A program made the translations under genes and the position numbers. Below are positions 37,159 to 47,500 of a stretch of 64,000 bases of DNA, piece after piece; position 1 is the stretch's first letter, and every line of letters starts with the position of its first letter. Where the stretch lies: the NCBI GenBank assembly GCA_036826635.1, contig DAISVY010000003.1, forward strand, positions 31,180-95,179, in the 5' to 3' direction. The notes under the pieces were generated by a model. That model did not search any database and had not been told where the DNA came from. It worked only from the letters and a program-made list of their open reading frames with translations. The DNA comes from Candidatus Zixiibacteriota bacterium (GTDB lineage: Bacteria > Zixibacteria > MSB-5A5 > GN15 > FEB-12).

Positions 37159-37189
37159 ACGACGGACTACACCATTAGGTGTAATGCAA
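37159..37189 (-). promoter_or_regulatory. Candidate MerR-type promoter/operator
   Basis: Minus strand TTGCAT-TACACC-TAAT-GGTGTA-GTC-CGTCGT: a perfect 6-4-6 dyad inside a 19-bp spacer; weak -10. Confidence 0.4.
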
Positions 37190-37446
37190 ATATAAATGCG
37201 CGAATTAGTCATTTGTGCATTCCTTGTCCGTTGCAGGTTAAATATGCATAAACGTACTACGGTGCTATAACCGATTTTGTTACAAAAATAGTCGTTTTAC
37301 CGGTCTTTGTCAAAACAAATATCGGCTGTTTTCGGAAATGCCCTTAAAAAAGTCAGGGGCACTGCCGATCTCACATTAATGCGGATCAGAATATGGACGA
37401 ACCGGCCGGTCCGCGTTGTCCGGCCCGGGTTTGAGAGGAAAAAGCC

Positions 37447-37824
37447 GTGACCGTATTGGTAATCGATGATGATCAGACAATCCAGTTGTTGGCCCGGAAA
37501 ATCCTTGACCATGCCGGCCACGAGGTGATTCTGTGCTCGAATGGATGGGACGGGATAGAAGAATTAGATAAAAACCCGGACGCCGTTGCGGTAGTTCTTA
37601 TCGACTACTCCATGGAAGAATTGTCGGGGGTCGATACCCTGCGCCGGTTGCGTCGTCTCGTGCCCGATTTGCCGGCCGTGTTTTCGTCCGGTAATCCCAT
37701 GAGCAAAGACGATATTCCATCGGATCTGGTCGATTTTACCTCATTTCTGCCCAAACCGTATCGGGTTGCGGCTCTTGTCGAAGCTATCGAAGACGCCGCC
37801 GGGAAGGTCAGCGTTGCCCCCTGA
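37447..37824 (+). CDS. Single-domain response regulator (REC)
   Basis: VLVIDDD, VLIDYSM, VFSSG, FLPKPY; GTG start after GAGG. Confidence 0.9.
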   Translation: MTVLVIDDDQTIQLLARKILDHAGHEVILCSNGWDGIEELDKNPDAVAVVLIDYSMEELSGVDTLRRLRRLVPDLPAVFSSGNPMSKDDIPSDLVDFTSFLPKPYRVAALVEAIEDAAGKVSVAP

Positions 37825-37937
37825 CGTCTGTTCCTGCCGTTGAAGTCCGACTGCGGAAAAATTCCCTTTATAATGTAATCAGGTTTCGCTATTTTTTCGA
37901 TTCGTTGCGGTTCCTGATTTTTGGAGTGACGATTTTG

Positions 37938-40289
37938 ATGAGATCAGTCATTCGGTTTGTTCTGGCTATTGTTTTGTTCTCTTCGCCGGTTGTTGCCGGG
38001 CCGGTTGGGACACCGGATAAGACGGTGTCTGTCGGTTTCTTCGAAGCCGGTGAATACCCCGCCCATGCCGCACTGCGGTATCATTATCGCCGCCAACTGA
38101 CGGGCCTGATGCCGGACGGTTACACGGTTACTTTTCCTCCCAACGGTTTCAAATCCGCTTCGTGGAATCGTGACAGCTCTCGGGTCATGGCGGCCGAGCT
38201 GGCGGCTGATCGGTCGATTGATATGGTTTTAGCTATCGGGCCCTGGACGGTCGAGGACCTGCTGGCGGCCGGTTTCGACCGTCCCATTATTGCGGCCTTT
38301 CGTTTCGCCCCGGAACTTGAAGGTCTTCTCGATTCCACCGGGCGACCAATCGTGCCGAATTTGACTGTCCGGGTTCGGACAAGGAAAATCGAAACCGACC
38401 TCAAATTGCTGACACAGCTTACAAAAGTCAGGAAACTGGGGGTGCTGATTTTTCCGGCCGATACGAGTGCCGCGCCTGTTATCGATTCGATAGCTTCTAT
38501 AGGCAAACGGGAGCATTTTGAGGTGATAACGGCCGAGGGGTATGATCTGGAAGGGACCTATGCTTTTTTCAAGGCTTACAACGGCCTGAAAGATAAGGTC
38601 GACGCTCTGTATGTCTCGCCGATGTGGGGCTGTAACGACACCAAGATCAGACAGTTCATGAATATGGCCATGCGTGATCGGATAGATGTTTTGTCCAGTC
38701 AGGGGCAGGATATCGTCGAGCTTGGTGCTCTGGTCGGCGGCGGGGGAGAGGACATTCGCGCGGCGGCCTTGTACTACGTCTGGAAGACAATACGGATTAT
38801 GCAGGGCGATACTCCGGCCGATTTGCCCGTGGCTTTCCCTGAACAGCCGGGCTGGGCGGTCAACGAATTCGCAGCCACCGTGCTGGGAGCGGCGGTTGAC
38901 AACGATCTTTGGTTATCCGCGGATGTGGTCGAAGGTCCGCCGGGTGAAGAAGTAGAGCGATTGTCCCTGCTCGAAGCGGTCGACCGTGCCCTGACCCAGA
39001 ATCCCGGTTATCTGGCTCGCTATGATGTTTTGGCGGCGGCGGCCGCGGCGGCCGGTGAAGCCTGGTCCGAATATCTGCCTCAAATCGGTCTTGACGCCGC
39101 AGCCTTTCACTTCGACGACAACACCGTCCACAACGACAATCGTTATGATAACGACCGCTACCGGGCGTCATTGGTCCTGCGGCAATCCCTCCTTTCGCTG
39201 GAGACGGTTCGCACGATTGAACTGGCTTCCCGCCATCGGGATCTGGCCCGCATAGATCAGCAGCAGGCGGCTCTTGATCTCGAATTGGGGGTTGTTATCG
39301 CCTATGCCAATTACCTGCAAGCGCGTTATTCCCTTCTGATCGAGTCCGCTCATCGCAACCGGGTTGAAGGCTGCCTCCAACTGGCCCGTGTCGAGGAGAA
39401 GTTGGATATCACCGATGTTGCGGATGCGTTGCGTTTGGAAGATCAATGGCTGCGAGCCACGCAATCTGTCGCCGAGGCGAAACTGAATCTGAAAATCGCC
39501 CGGATACTCCTCAATACCCTTTTGGGTCGTCCCGGGGAAACGCCCTTTGTGCTGGAAGAGAGCCCGTTCGATCAGGACAGGATTTACGGTGTGTATTCCC
39601 GGCTCCGCCAGTTGAGCCACAACGAAACCGAGAAGCGGCACCTTGTTGATTTTCTTGTCAGTCAGTTGCTGGCAACGAATCCGATCATAGAACGGGATCG
39701 CGCCGAACTTGCTCTCCGACAAACCCGCTTGGCTCGAAACATGGCCGGTTTTACTCCTCAAGTCGGTTTGCAGGCCTCGTTCAATTTGGCCGATGAATGG
39801 TCGACAACGCCGTGGTTCGAAGAGGAACACGCCACCTGGTCGGTCGGGGCCACTCTTGATCTTCCCCTTTTCCTGGGAGGGAAGCGTTTCAAAGAGCGCC
39901 GTCGGTTGAAAGCCGAACTCAGCGAACAGCAGTACCGCAGGGACAATACCTATTTTGAAACCACGGCCCGTCTTGAAGTTCAACTGGAGCGTTTGCTCGA
40001 ACTGATTCTGGTCCGCCCGTTGACCGCCCGCTCAGCCGAACTGGCGACTCAATATGTTGATATGATTATAGATGGTTACGAGATCGGACAACGCCCGATG
40101 GCCGATCTTATCGACGGTCTGAACCGGGATCGCGACGCCCACCTTGAGGCTATCGCAATCCAGTTCAATTATTTCGAGGCCGTGGCCCGGCTGGTCAATC
40201 AGGTCGGCTGGTGTTTGCATGAGTCCGGTCGCCTGCCCGACGATGAGTTACTGACCCATCTTCAGGGCCTGCCTGATCAGGGTGATTAG
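37938..40289 (+). CDS. Fusion of an ABC-substrate-binding-like periplasmic domain and a TolC-family outer-membrane channel
   Basis: Signal peptide; N-terminal 330 aa with RKLGVLI, DALYVSP, ALVG and VNEFAATVLG resembling ABC_sub_bind; C-terminal TolC pattern LSLLEAVDRALTQNP...YLPQIGL...WSVGATLDLPLFLGG...ARL. Confidence 0.75.
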   Translation: MRSVIRFVLAIVLFSSPVVAGPVGTPDKTVSVGFFEAGEYPAHAALRYHYRRQLTGLMPDGYTVTFPPNGFKSASWNRDSSRVMAAELAADRSIDMVLAIGPWTVEDLLAAGFDRPIIAAFRFAPELEGLLDSTGRPIVPNLTVRVRTRKIETDLKLLTQLTKVRKLGVLIFPADTSAAPVIDSIASIGKREHFEVITAEGYDLEGTYAFFKAYNGLKDKVDALYVSPMWGCNDTKIRQFMNMAMRDRIDVLSSQGQDIVELGALVGGGGEDIRAAALYYVWKTIRIMQGDTPADLPVAFPEQPGWAVNEFAATVLGAAVDNDLWLSADVVEGPPGEEVERLSLLEAVDRALTQNPGYLARYDVLAAAAAAAGEAWSEYLPQIGLDAAAFHFDDNTVHNDNRYDNDRYRASLVLRQSLLSLETVRTIELASRHRDLARIDQQQAALDLELGVVIAYANYLQARYSLLIESAHRNRVEGCLQLARVEEKLDITDVADALRLEDQWLRATQSVAEAKLNLKIARILLNTLLGRPGETPFVLEESPFDQDRIYGVYSRLRQLSHNETEKRHLVDFLVSQLLATNPIIERDRAELALRQTRLARNMAGFTPQVGLQASFNLADEWSTTPWFEEEHATWSVGATLDLPLFLGGKRFKERRRLKAELSEQQYRRDNTYFETTARLEVQLERLLELILVRPLTARSAELATQYVDMIIDGYEIGQRPMADLIDGLNRDRDAHLEAIAIQFNYFEAVARLVNQVGWCLHESGRLPDDELLTHLQGLPDQGD

Positions 40290-40325
40290 CATGACTGCGG
40301 TTGTTCCGGGATCGAGTAGTGTGTC

Positions 40326-40973
40326 TTACCGCATTACATCAAGGAAATAACGTACCGCATAAACCGCCGAAACCAGCACGACCAGTCCTGTTCGGATAGT
40401 TTTCTTCCAGCGAGAGTCGCGGAACGCAGGTACGATTTTTCCGCGCATCGTTAGATAAAAGACCCGCGCGTATGCGGCCAGCGACACAATCAGAAGAATC
40501 AGGGTAATGATCGTCATCAGCGTAATGCCGAAATCGAATCTGAGGATGTAACTGCCCAGCAATATGACAATGGCCGCGAAGCAGTATTTCCCCGGCAGGT
40601 TCGACGGCAGGCTGATATGGCGTCCCGTCGTCAGTATTATCCCGCCCCCGAGAATCAGCAGGTCTCGTCCTATGATAGCTGCCGCCATCCAGACCGGAAA
40701 ATCGCGGTAGAAAATCAAGCCCAGGACCAGAAGCCCGGCGAATACCTTGTCTGCAACGGGGTCGAGTGTTATTCCCAGCGCCGTTACGCGGTTTTGCCGA
40801 CGCGCCAGAGCACCGTCGAGACCATCGGAGAGACCTGCTATGATCACTACTCCAACCGTAAATATCAGAGCTGTCGGGCCCTCTTGCGATAAGCCGATAA
40901 CGGCGACTATTCCCAGGGGGATACGAGACAAGCTCAGCAGATTGGGTATTTGCAGCAGCTCTCGCAGCTTCAC
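40326..40973 (-). CDS. CDP-alcohol phosphatidyltransferase (PgsA-like)
   Basis: IPNLLSLSR and DGLDGALAR...GITLDPVADK signature, REL-like GRDL. Confidence 0.9.
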   Translation of the reverse strand: MKLRELLQIPNLLSLSRIPLGIVAVIGLSQEGPTALIFTVGVVIIAGLSDGLDGALARRQNRVTALGITLDPVADKVFAGLLVLGLIFYRDFPVWMAAAIIGRDLLILGGGIILTTGRHISLPSNLPGKYCFAAIVILLGSYILRFDFGITLMTIITLILLIVSLAAYARVFYLTMRGKIVPAFRDSRWKKTIRTGLVVLVSAVYAVRYFLDVMR

Positions 40974-41078
40974 AGTATCAAAACTCCGGTCTTCAAATCA
41001 GAAGCGAGGGTAGACAAATTGTTGGATGTTCGCAAGGACAGTTGCCGAGCGGGGAAAAGCATTCCGGCATACAATAAG

Positions 41079-41130
41079 AATCGGGTAGCCTGCAACACCC
41101 ACAGGGATCGGTGTTACTGACTACCCGACT
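41079..41130 (-). terminator. Long hairpin downstream of tRNA-Glu
   Basis: TCGGGTAGCCTGCAACACC...GGTGTTACTGACTACCCGA imperfect stem immediately 3' of the tRNA. Confidence 0.55.
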
Positions 41131-41135
41131 GCTTT

Positions 41136-41207
41136 TAGCGGTACGGGGGATCGAACCCCGGCTTGATGGCTGAGAACCACCTGTCCTAACCACTAGACGA
41201 TACCGCC
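41136..41207 (-). tRNA. tRNA-Glu, anticodon CTC
   Basis: GGCGGTA-TC-GTCTAGTGGTTAGGAC-A-GGTGG-TTCTCAG-CCATC-AAGC-CGGGG-TTCGATC-CCCCG-TACCGCT-A folds to a cloverleaf; CCA not encoded. Confidence 0.97.
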
Positions 41208-41209
41208 GA

Positions 41210-41231
41210 TTCAATGCGCAATGCTAAAGAG
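41210..41231. repeat. 22-nt direct repeat, copy 1 (copy 2 at 44371-44392)
   Basis: TTCAATGCGCAATGCTAAAGAG vs TTCAATGCGCAAAGCTAAAGAG, 21/22 identical. Confidence 0.85.
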
Positions 41232-41243
41232 CAGCATTGCCAA

Positions 41244-41271
41244 TATATAAGACTTCAAAAAATACTGTCAA
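41244..41271 (-). promoter_or_regulatory. Sigma70-type promoter for tRNA-Glu
   Basis: Minus strand TTGACA-N16-TATATA about 36 nt upstream of the tRNA. Confidence 0.6.
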
Positions 41272-41696
41272 GTTAATTTAACTTATTGCATATCAGTGTC
41301 TTACGGCCGCGATTTCGGTTAATCTCATGCCCCGAAACAGCTTATCGAAATAGCTTTTTTTTTGGATTTTCCTGATTTTATCCGGATCAGGCCATGATTT
41401 TCACGGGGTTGTTCTGCCATAATGGCATGCCAGCCGCCTCGGCCGTTTAGATGTGAGCCTTCGGCCGTGTCCGGGTCGGCTCGGCGGCCGATGCGTAATC
41501 GACGATTCGACAAATCGTTCGGTCATTTGGCGATGCCCGGAGCGTTGAGGCCAAAGACATTTAACCAAATGGAGGGGCTGTCGGGAAAATGGGCTTGTCG
41601 GGATGTTTCTTGGCTGTTGTTTTTTTTGCGTTTGATTCCCCGGGGGGCACTTCTATATTGGTAAGACTATCGACTCTGTTCTATGGAGGATGCCGT

Positions 41697-44228
41697 ATGC
41701 CGGCTGCGAAACAACGCAAAACCAGCACCCCGCGTGAATTGAAATTCAAAGACCTTGATTATTCCGTAAACTACAAAACCGGTTCAGCCCGCTGTTCGGA
41801 CGATTTCGAACCATGTTGTGAGATCATCGGTCAGCAACGGGCGATTGAAGCTATTCGGCTCGGGCTGCATGTCGAAAGTAAGGGCTATAATATTTTCGTG
41901 ACCGGGCTTCCCGGGACCGGTCGTACCACTACTATCAGTCATTTGCTGGAACAGCTCGAGAAACGCAAACCGGACCTTCACGACGTATGCTATGTGAACA
42001 ATTTCAAGAACGTCGATAACCCCCTGCCGTTGGTGTTCAAATCCGGTGATGGTAAACGTTTCAAGCGCGATATGGAGTACCTGATCAACTCACTGCGCAA
42101 AGTGGTTCCGAAGATATTCCTTTCGGAGGATTACAAGGACCGGCAGAGTCGGGTAGTGCGTGAGTTCGAGGGACGGCAGAAGAAACTGGTTGGCGATTTC
42201 GAAGAAAAACTCACCAAAGCCGGGTTCGTGATGGTGCAAATCCAGGCCGGGTTGAGTATCCGAAACGAGATTCAGCCCCTGATCGATGGTGAACCAACCT
42301 CTCTGGAGCGACTGGAGCGGCTGGCCAAAGAAGGCAAGTTCGCTTTGGCGCAGCTTGATGACATACGGCGCAAATGGGACAGCCTGCGTCGCGATTTCGA
42401 TATAACCACTGTCGAGACGAAAAAACTCAGCGCCAAACTCGAAGAGGCTATAGAGAAGCTCAACTATTCCATGGTTGCTCCCCTCGTTGCCGACAAGGTT
42501 AACCTGCTGAAGAAGCGGTATGCCGACGAGCCCGTGGTGGCCTATCTCGAGCAGGTCGAGGAAGCGTTGGTGAGTGATCTTGATCGTTATCAGGAAGCCC
42601 GACCGCGTCGGGGTGAGGAAGAACCGCCGGCTTTTCGCAAGCGGGAACCTTTCGAAGAGTTCTCGGTCAATCTCCTGCGCGACAGCACGCAATGGGATGG
42701 AGTGCCGATAATCATTGAGAAATCGCCTTCTTACAAAAATCTTTTCGGTTCACTTGAGCGAGTGGTGGATCGTTTCGGTATCTGGCGCACCGATTTTACG
42801 CGGATTTTCTCCGGCTCACTGTTGCAGGCGGCCGGCGGTTATCTTGTTATGAACGCTCTTGATGTGCTTACCGAACCGGGGGTGTGGGTACCGCTGAAAC
42901 GGGCGCTCCGTAATGGCGAACTGGAAATAACCGGTTATGATCCCTTTTATATGATGGCGGGGTCCGGTATCAAGCCGCAGCCGATTCCCCTCAAAGTGAA
43001 GGTTGTTCTGATCGGCGATGCTCACGTGTACAATTTGCTGTGGTACTACGACGAGGATTTCAAAAAAGTCTTCAAGGTCAAGGCTGAATTCGATACCGTC
43101 ATGGAGTACAACCGCAAGAATGTCCGCAACTATTATCAGTTCATTCGCCGGGTGATCGACAACGAGGGGCTGCCGACCTTCGATTTGTCCGGCATGCAGG
43201 CGACAGTCGAGTATGGCCGTCGTCTGGCCGGTCATCGCGGCAAGCTGAGTTTACGCTTTACCATGCTGACGGATCTGATTCGCGAGGCGGCTTTCTGCGC
43301 CCGGCAACGCCGGGCCAGGAGAGTGGAACGCCGCGACGTGCTCAAGGCCGTGCTCAATCGACGGGGGCGTCTCAATCTGGTCGAGGACAAAATTCAGGAA
43401 ATGATCGACCATGACGTCCTGATGATGTCCACGTCGGGGGCCAAAGTCGGTCAGATAAACGGTCTGTCCATCTACGACATGGGGGAATTCCAGTTCGGTC
43501 GCCCCACCCGTATTACGGTTAACACTGCGCTTGGTAAAGCCGGCGTGATCAACATCGAGCGCGACGCCGACCTCTCGGGACCTATTCATAACAAAGGTGT
43601 GGGTATTCTGACGGGTTTTCTCCGTTACATGTTTGCCCAGGATAAACCGCTGGTGATGTCCGCGTCAATCGGTTTCGAGCAGTCCTATAGCGGTGTCGAC
43701 GGTGACTCGGCCTCGTCGACCGAGGTATACGGCATTCTTTCTTCCTTGAGCGGTTTGCCCATCAAGCAGAGCATCGCCGTTACCGGGTCGGTTAACCAGA
43801 AAGGCGAGATCCAGCCGATCGGGGGCGTGAACGAGAAGATCGAGGGGTTCTATGACGTTTGCAAGCGGCGCCGCCTCACCGGGCATCAGGGGGTTATAAT
43901 ACCTTACCAGAATGTTCAGGATCTTCTTTTGCGTTCCGACATCATGGAAACCGTCAGGAACGGCAAGTTCCATATCTGGCCCATCAAGACCATCAGTGAA
44001 GGTATTACCATTCTCACCGGTGTGCCGGGCGGACATCGCCTGCCCAGGGGCGGCTTCACGGCCGGTTCCGTGATGGACAAAGCCGACCGGAAACTTCGCA
44101 CCATGGCCGAAATGTACGAGCGCTTCGGTCGAGACGAAGTCCGGCAGAAGAAGTCGGAAGATAATGACGGCGGGAACAACCGGTCCGGGCGGCAGCGTCG
44201 GCGCACGACGCCCGGTCGAAAAAAATAG
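41697..44228 (+). CDS. Lon-like S16 protease (LonC/YcbZ type, AAA_32 + Lon_C)
   Basis: IIGQQRA, Walker-A-like GLPGTGRT, coiled-coil insert, GQINGL, HNKGV, FEQSYSGVDGDSAS (Ser), TGSVNQ, IGGVNEKIEG (Lys). ATG 41697 after GGAGG. Confidence 0.92.
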   Translation: MPAAKQRKTSTPRELKFKDLDYSVNYKTGSARCSDDFEPCCEIIGQQRAIEAIRLGLHVESKGYNIFVTGLPGTGRTTTISHLLEQLEKRKPDLHDVCYVNNFKNVDNPLPLVFKSGDGKRFKRDMEYLINSLRKVVPKIFLSEDYKDRQSRVVREFEGRQKKLVGDFEEKLTKAGFVMVQIQAGLSIRNEIQPLIDGEPTSLERLERLAKEGKFALAQLDDIRRKWDSLRRDFDITTVETKKLSAKLEEAIEKLNYSMVAPLVADKVNLLKKRYADEPVVAYLEQVEEALVSDLDRYQEARPRRGEEEPPAFRKREPFEEFSVNLLRDSTQWDGVPIIIEKSPSYKNLFGSLERVVDRFGIWRTDFTRIFSGSLLQAAGGYLVMNALDVLTEPGVWVPLKRALRNGELEITGYDPFYMMAGSGIKPQPIPLKVKVVLIGDAHVYNLLWYYDEDFKKVFKVKAEFDTVMEYNRKNVRNYYQFIRRVIDNEGLPTFDLSGMQATVEYGRRLAGHRGKLSLRFTMLTDLIREAAFCARQRRARRVERRDVLKAVLNRRGRLNLVEDKIQEMIDHDVLMMSTSGAKVGQINGLSIYDMGEFQFGRPTRITVNTALGKAGVINIERDADLSGPIHNKGVGILTGFLRYMFAQDKPLVMSASIGFEQSYSGVDGDSASSTEVYGILSSLSGLPIKQSIAVTGSVNQKGEIQPIGGVNEKIEGFYDVCKRRRLTGHQGVIIPYQNVQDLLLRSDIMETVRNGKFHIWPIKTISEGITILTGVPGGHRLPRGGFTAGSVMDKADRKLRTMAEMYERFGRDEVRQKKSEDNDGGNNRSGRQRRRTTPGRKK

Positions 44229-44288
44229 ATCGCCTTTTACCATTATCTCCCGATCCGCGAGCCGTGGTGGCGGTTGTCGCCTTCTCTT

Positions 44289-44323
44289 CGCTCCGACGAA
44301 CTGTCTTGTCGGAGTGCATTTTT
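44289..44323 (+). terminator. Probable terminator of the Lon-like gene
   Basis: CGCTCCGAC/GTCGGAGTG stem followed by CATTTTT. Confidence 0.6.
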
Positions 44324-44360
44324 CTCTTGACATCCGGGACCGTGGAGTTATGTTTTCGAC

Positions 44361-44479
44361 GAACGTACTGTTCAATGCGCAAAGCTAAAGAGATCAGACC
44401 TGTATGAATGTTGCCATCGTTTGATATGATCTCGGCTTTGAATTGAGTCGCGAACGGTTGACCCGGTCGCGACTCTTTT
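44361..44479 (+). ncRNA. Candidate small structured RNA
   Basis: TTGACA-N16-TATGTT (44327-44354) upstream; internal stems CAAAGC/GCTTTG and GAGATCA/TGATCTC; terminator GAGTCGCGA/TCGCGACTC-TTTT; no ORF of note. No family recognised. Confidence 0.4.
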
Positions 44480-44541
44480 GTATTTCGGGAAACATCGATG
44501 GTATGGCGGCGGTGACGACGGGGAGCGGCTCCCTTTTGTCA

Positions 44542-47500
44542 CTAAAAGTCGGCGCCGAACGAGAAGTATGACGTCGGCTTATCGGACACTGTTTCCCAGT
44601 CGGTTGACCAGGCCAGGTCATAGCGCAGCAACACCAGTCCGAAGAGATCCATACGAGCCCCGAAACCGAAACCCGTTTTGACATCGTCCCAGGTGTTGTT
44701 CGATCCCGTCCATGCGGCACCGATGTCGGTAAAGACCACCCCCGTGATATTACCCAGTACGATAGGGAGGGGATAACGCATGGCGAAATACTGGATGAGC
44801 GGGAAACGGAATTCCCAGTTGATCAGCCCGAAACGGTCACCGGACAGATCGTAATACTTCTGGCCGCGCAACGGCGTGACGACATCGGCAAAATACAGGT
44901 TCTCGACGTCGTATACTTTCGCGTCCAGTGTTCGCGTGCCTATCCAGTTGGTTGTACCACCGAGGAAATACTGTTTGGGGGTACCGCCGAATGATGCTCC
45001 GCCGGCGATGCGAAAGGCCATGGAGAAGGTCTTTCTGAAATGCCAGTATTTACGGAAATCGAAACCGATTGACTGAAAATCGACGTCGTCGGAGTCGAAC
45101 AGGTTAATGCCGCCGTCTATGGAAATCTTCATCCGTCGGCCGTTGACGGGAGCCGTGGCTCCCCACAGGACGTTATCGAACACCCACGAGGCGGCGAGTA
45201 TGGTTACTTTGGATGATCGGTTTTCGCGTGTGTCTCCGGCGTTGCGGTCGTAGTATTTACGATCTATGAAAAACTGGGAGAGGGAAAATTCCAGTCGACT
45301 GAAAGTTGAGAAAGGTCGCCGGGCAAAACCCTGCAGGCCGTAGAAACGGTCGGAAAACAGAAAGTCATTGTTGTCTACGTAATAGCTCTTGGAATGAAAA
45401 AGTCCGGCGCCCAGGTTGGTCCGTTTCTTGTTGTTGAGATAGTAAGCCTGGATGTAGGACTGATCGATGGTGTTGACCAGGTCCGTGGCCAGGTAGATTT
45501 GATGGTTGCCGAGGTAATCGGAGAACACGAAGTACGACTGGCCGCGCATTCCGAAGAAAGTGTCGTACGAGAACCCGCCGCCCACGTAATCGGGCGTAAA
45601 TTTTACTTTGTAGCTGTGAATCTGGTACTCGCCGCTGGGCAGCATGGGGGGAATCGAGTCGAAAGATTCCGGTTCTTCCATAGGTGCGGCGAAGAGGCTG
45701 TCGTCGGCGATGTCAATCAACACCGAATCGAGAATGCTGTCATCGGCCTCGCTGACGAATACGAATTCATCGTCGTACACGCCGGTTTCGGTTACCACCT
45801 CGGTTTGATCTTCGTCGTTATCGTCGGTTGTCTCCTCGGTCCCGTCGGTTTGCTCGACGTCCGACGAATCGGAATTATCTGGCGGTTCCGATTCGGTCAG
45901 GTCTTTATTTTTGGGGGCATCATTTTCTGTTTTCGTCGGTGGTCCCAGGTCGGCCAGGGGGCGTTTCAGCAGGTCGTATTTTCCCGAAGCGAAATCAGTA
46001 AGAGTCAGCACGCCGCTGTCACCCTGCGGGATCAGTTCCTTGAGCATGAAGATGTCGAATGCTCCCTGGAAGAAAGCCGAGTAAGCCAGTTCGTCCCCGT
46101 CCGGTGACCAGGATATCTCCCGCACACCGGTGAGTATGTCGGTGACCGCGAAATATCTGAGGCTGTCCAGATAGCCGATATAGATGTTGTCGATACCGTT
46201 ACGGTTGGAAACGAAAGCGATTTTGTGACCGTCGGGTGCAACTTTCGGTTTGCGGTTCTGACCGGGGCCGACATCGACCGGCGAAACGATCTCCGTGCCG
46301 ATATTCACCCGAAAGAGATTGTAAGTTCCATACTCGAAATCGCCCGGCATGAAGGCGCCTTCTGTGTTGACATAAGGATGCCCCGCGTTATCCATGACCG
46401 GGTTTTCCGGATGAGGACGGTCGGAGGCGAAGATCAGGGCATCCGAGTCCGGCAGCCAGTCGGGTTCTACATCGTCGAATCGATCATCGGTAATTTGCTT
46501 TATCGCGTCGCTTTCGATGTCATAAACGTAAAGGTCGCGCTTGTGGGAATCGAGAGCCGAGAAAGCTATCTTTTTGCCATCCGGTGACCATACGGGGGAG
46601 ACCACGTTGTAATAATCCAGCCGCTTCTTGAGGTAAACCTCTTTCTTCTCAACGTCCAGCAGGAAAATGGCTTCTTTTCCTTTTGATTTGGCGACGAAGG
46701 CCAGGCTGCGGCCGTCGGGCGAAAACGACATGCCGGAAAGATATGAATGCAGCGATTCCAGGTCGGCCGAGCGCTGCGCCTTGACCAGTTTCTCCTGTAC
46801 TTTTCCGTCTTTGGCTGAAATCAGGACGATTTCGGTGTAATCCGAACGGTCGGTGAATATGGCGATTTTCTCACCATCGGGTGAGAACTCGGGCATTTCG
46901 TTGTAATAGGAGCCGTCTTCACGGGCGCGGGTCAGGGGCTTGCCGATTTCGTCGGCTTCCTTCCGTTTGGCCAGCGACGGCCAGTAACGCCGTTTCATTT
47001 CCCGGGAGAAGTCTTTATAAAATTCCTCTTCGTTGGTACCGAGAACGGCTTTGAATACCTTCTCCATGGTCAGGTGAATTTTACCCATCCGGAAAAGCTC
47101 GCCCAGCTTGTCTTCACCGTAGCGGTCGGCGATGTATTTGATCATTGCCTGTCCCTGCTTGTAGGCCATGAAGCCGCCGAGATATTGAGGAGGAGCCAGG
47201 TAACCGTTGACGGTGGCGTCGCGGACGTACATGTCGGACTCGTAGTCCCAGCCGTGTCGTGAGGAGTATTCGGCGAAACCTTCTGCCAGCCACAGGGGCA
47301 TGTTGAACAGGCGCTGCCGCGACAGAAGCGACGAGAGCGAGTTGCCGTAGAGCATGTCATAAGACACCGCGTGGGTAAGTTCGTGATGCAGGACATGCCG
47401 GAAATCTTCGTACGAGCCGCTGAATGGAATAGCGATGCGACTTTTGAAAACTTCGGTAAAGCCGCCCACGCCTTCGCTGAGCATCGACGAAATGATATTC

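Noticed and set aside
41136-41207. G1-U72 pair of tRNA-Glu as a GatDE-related identity change; tRNA as an integration site
   Set aside because: G1-U72 is common in bacterial tRNA-Glu, and I found no duplicated tRNA 3' end or integrase in the window.
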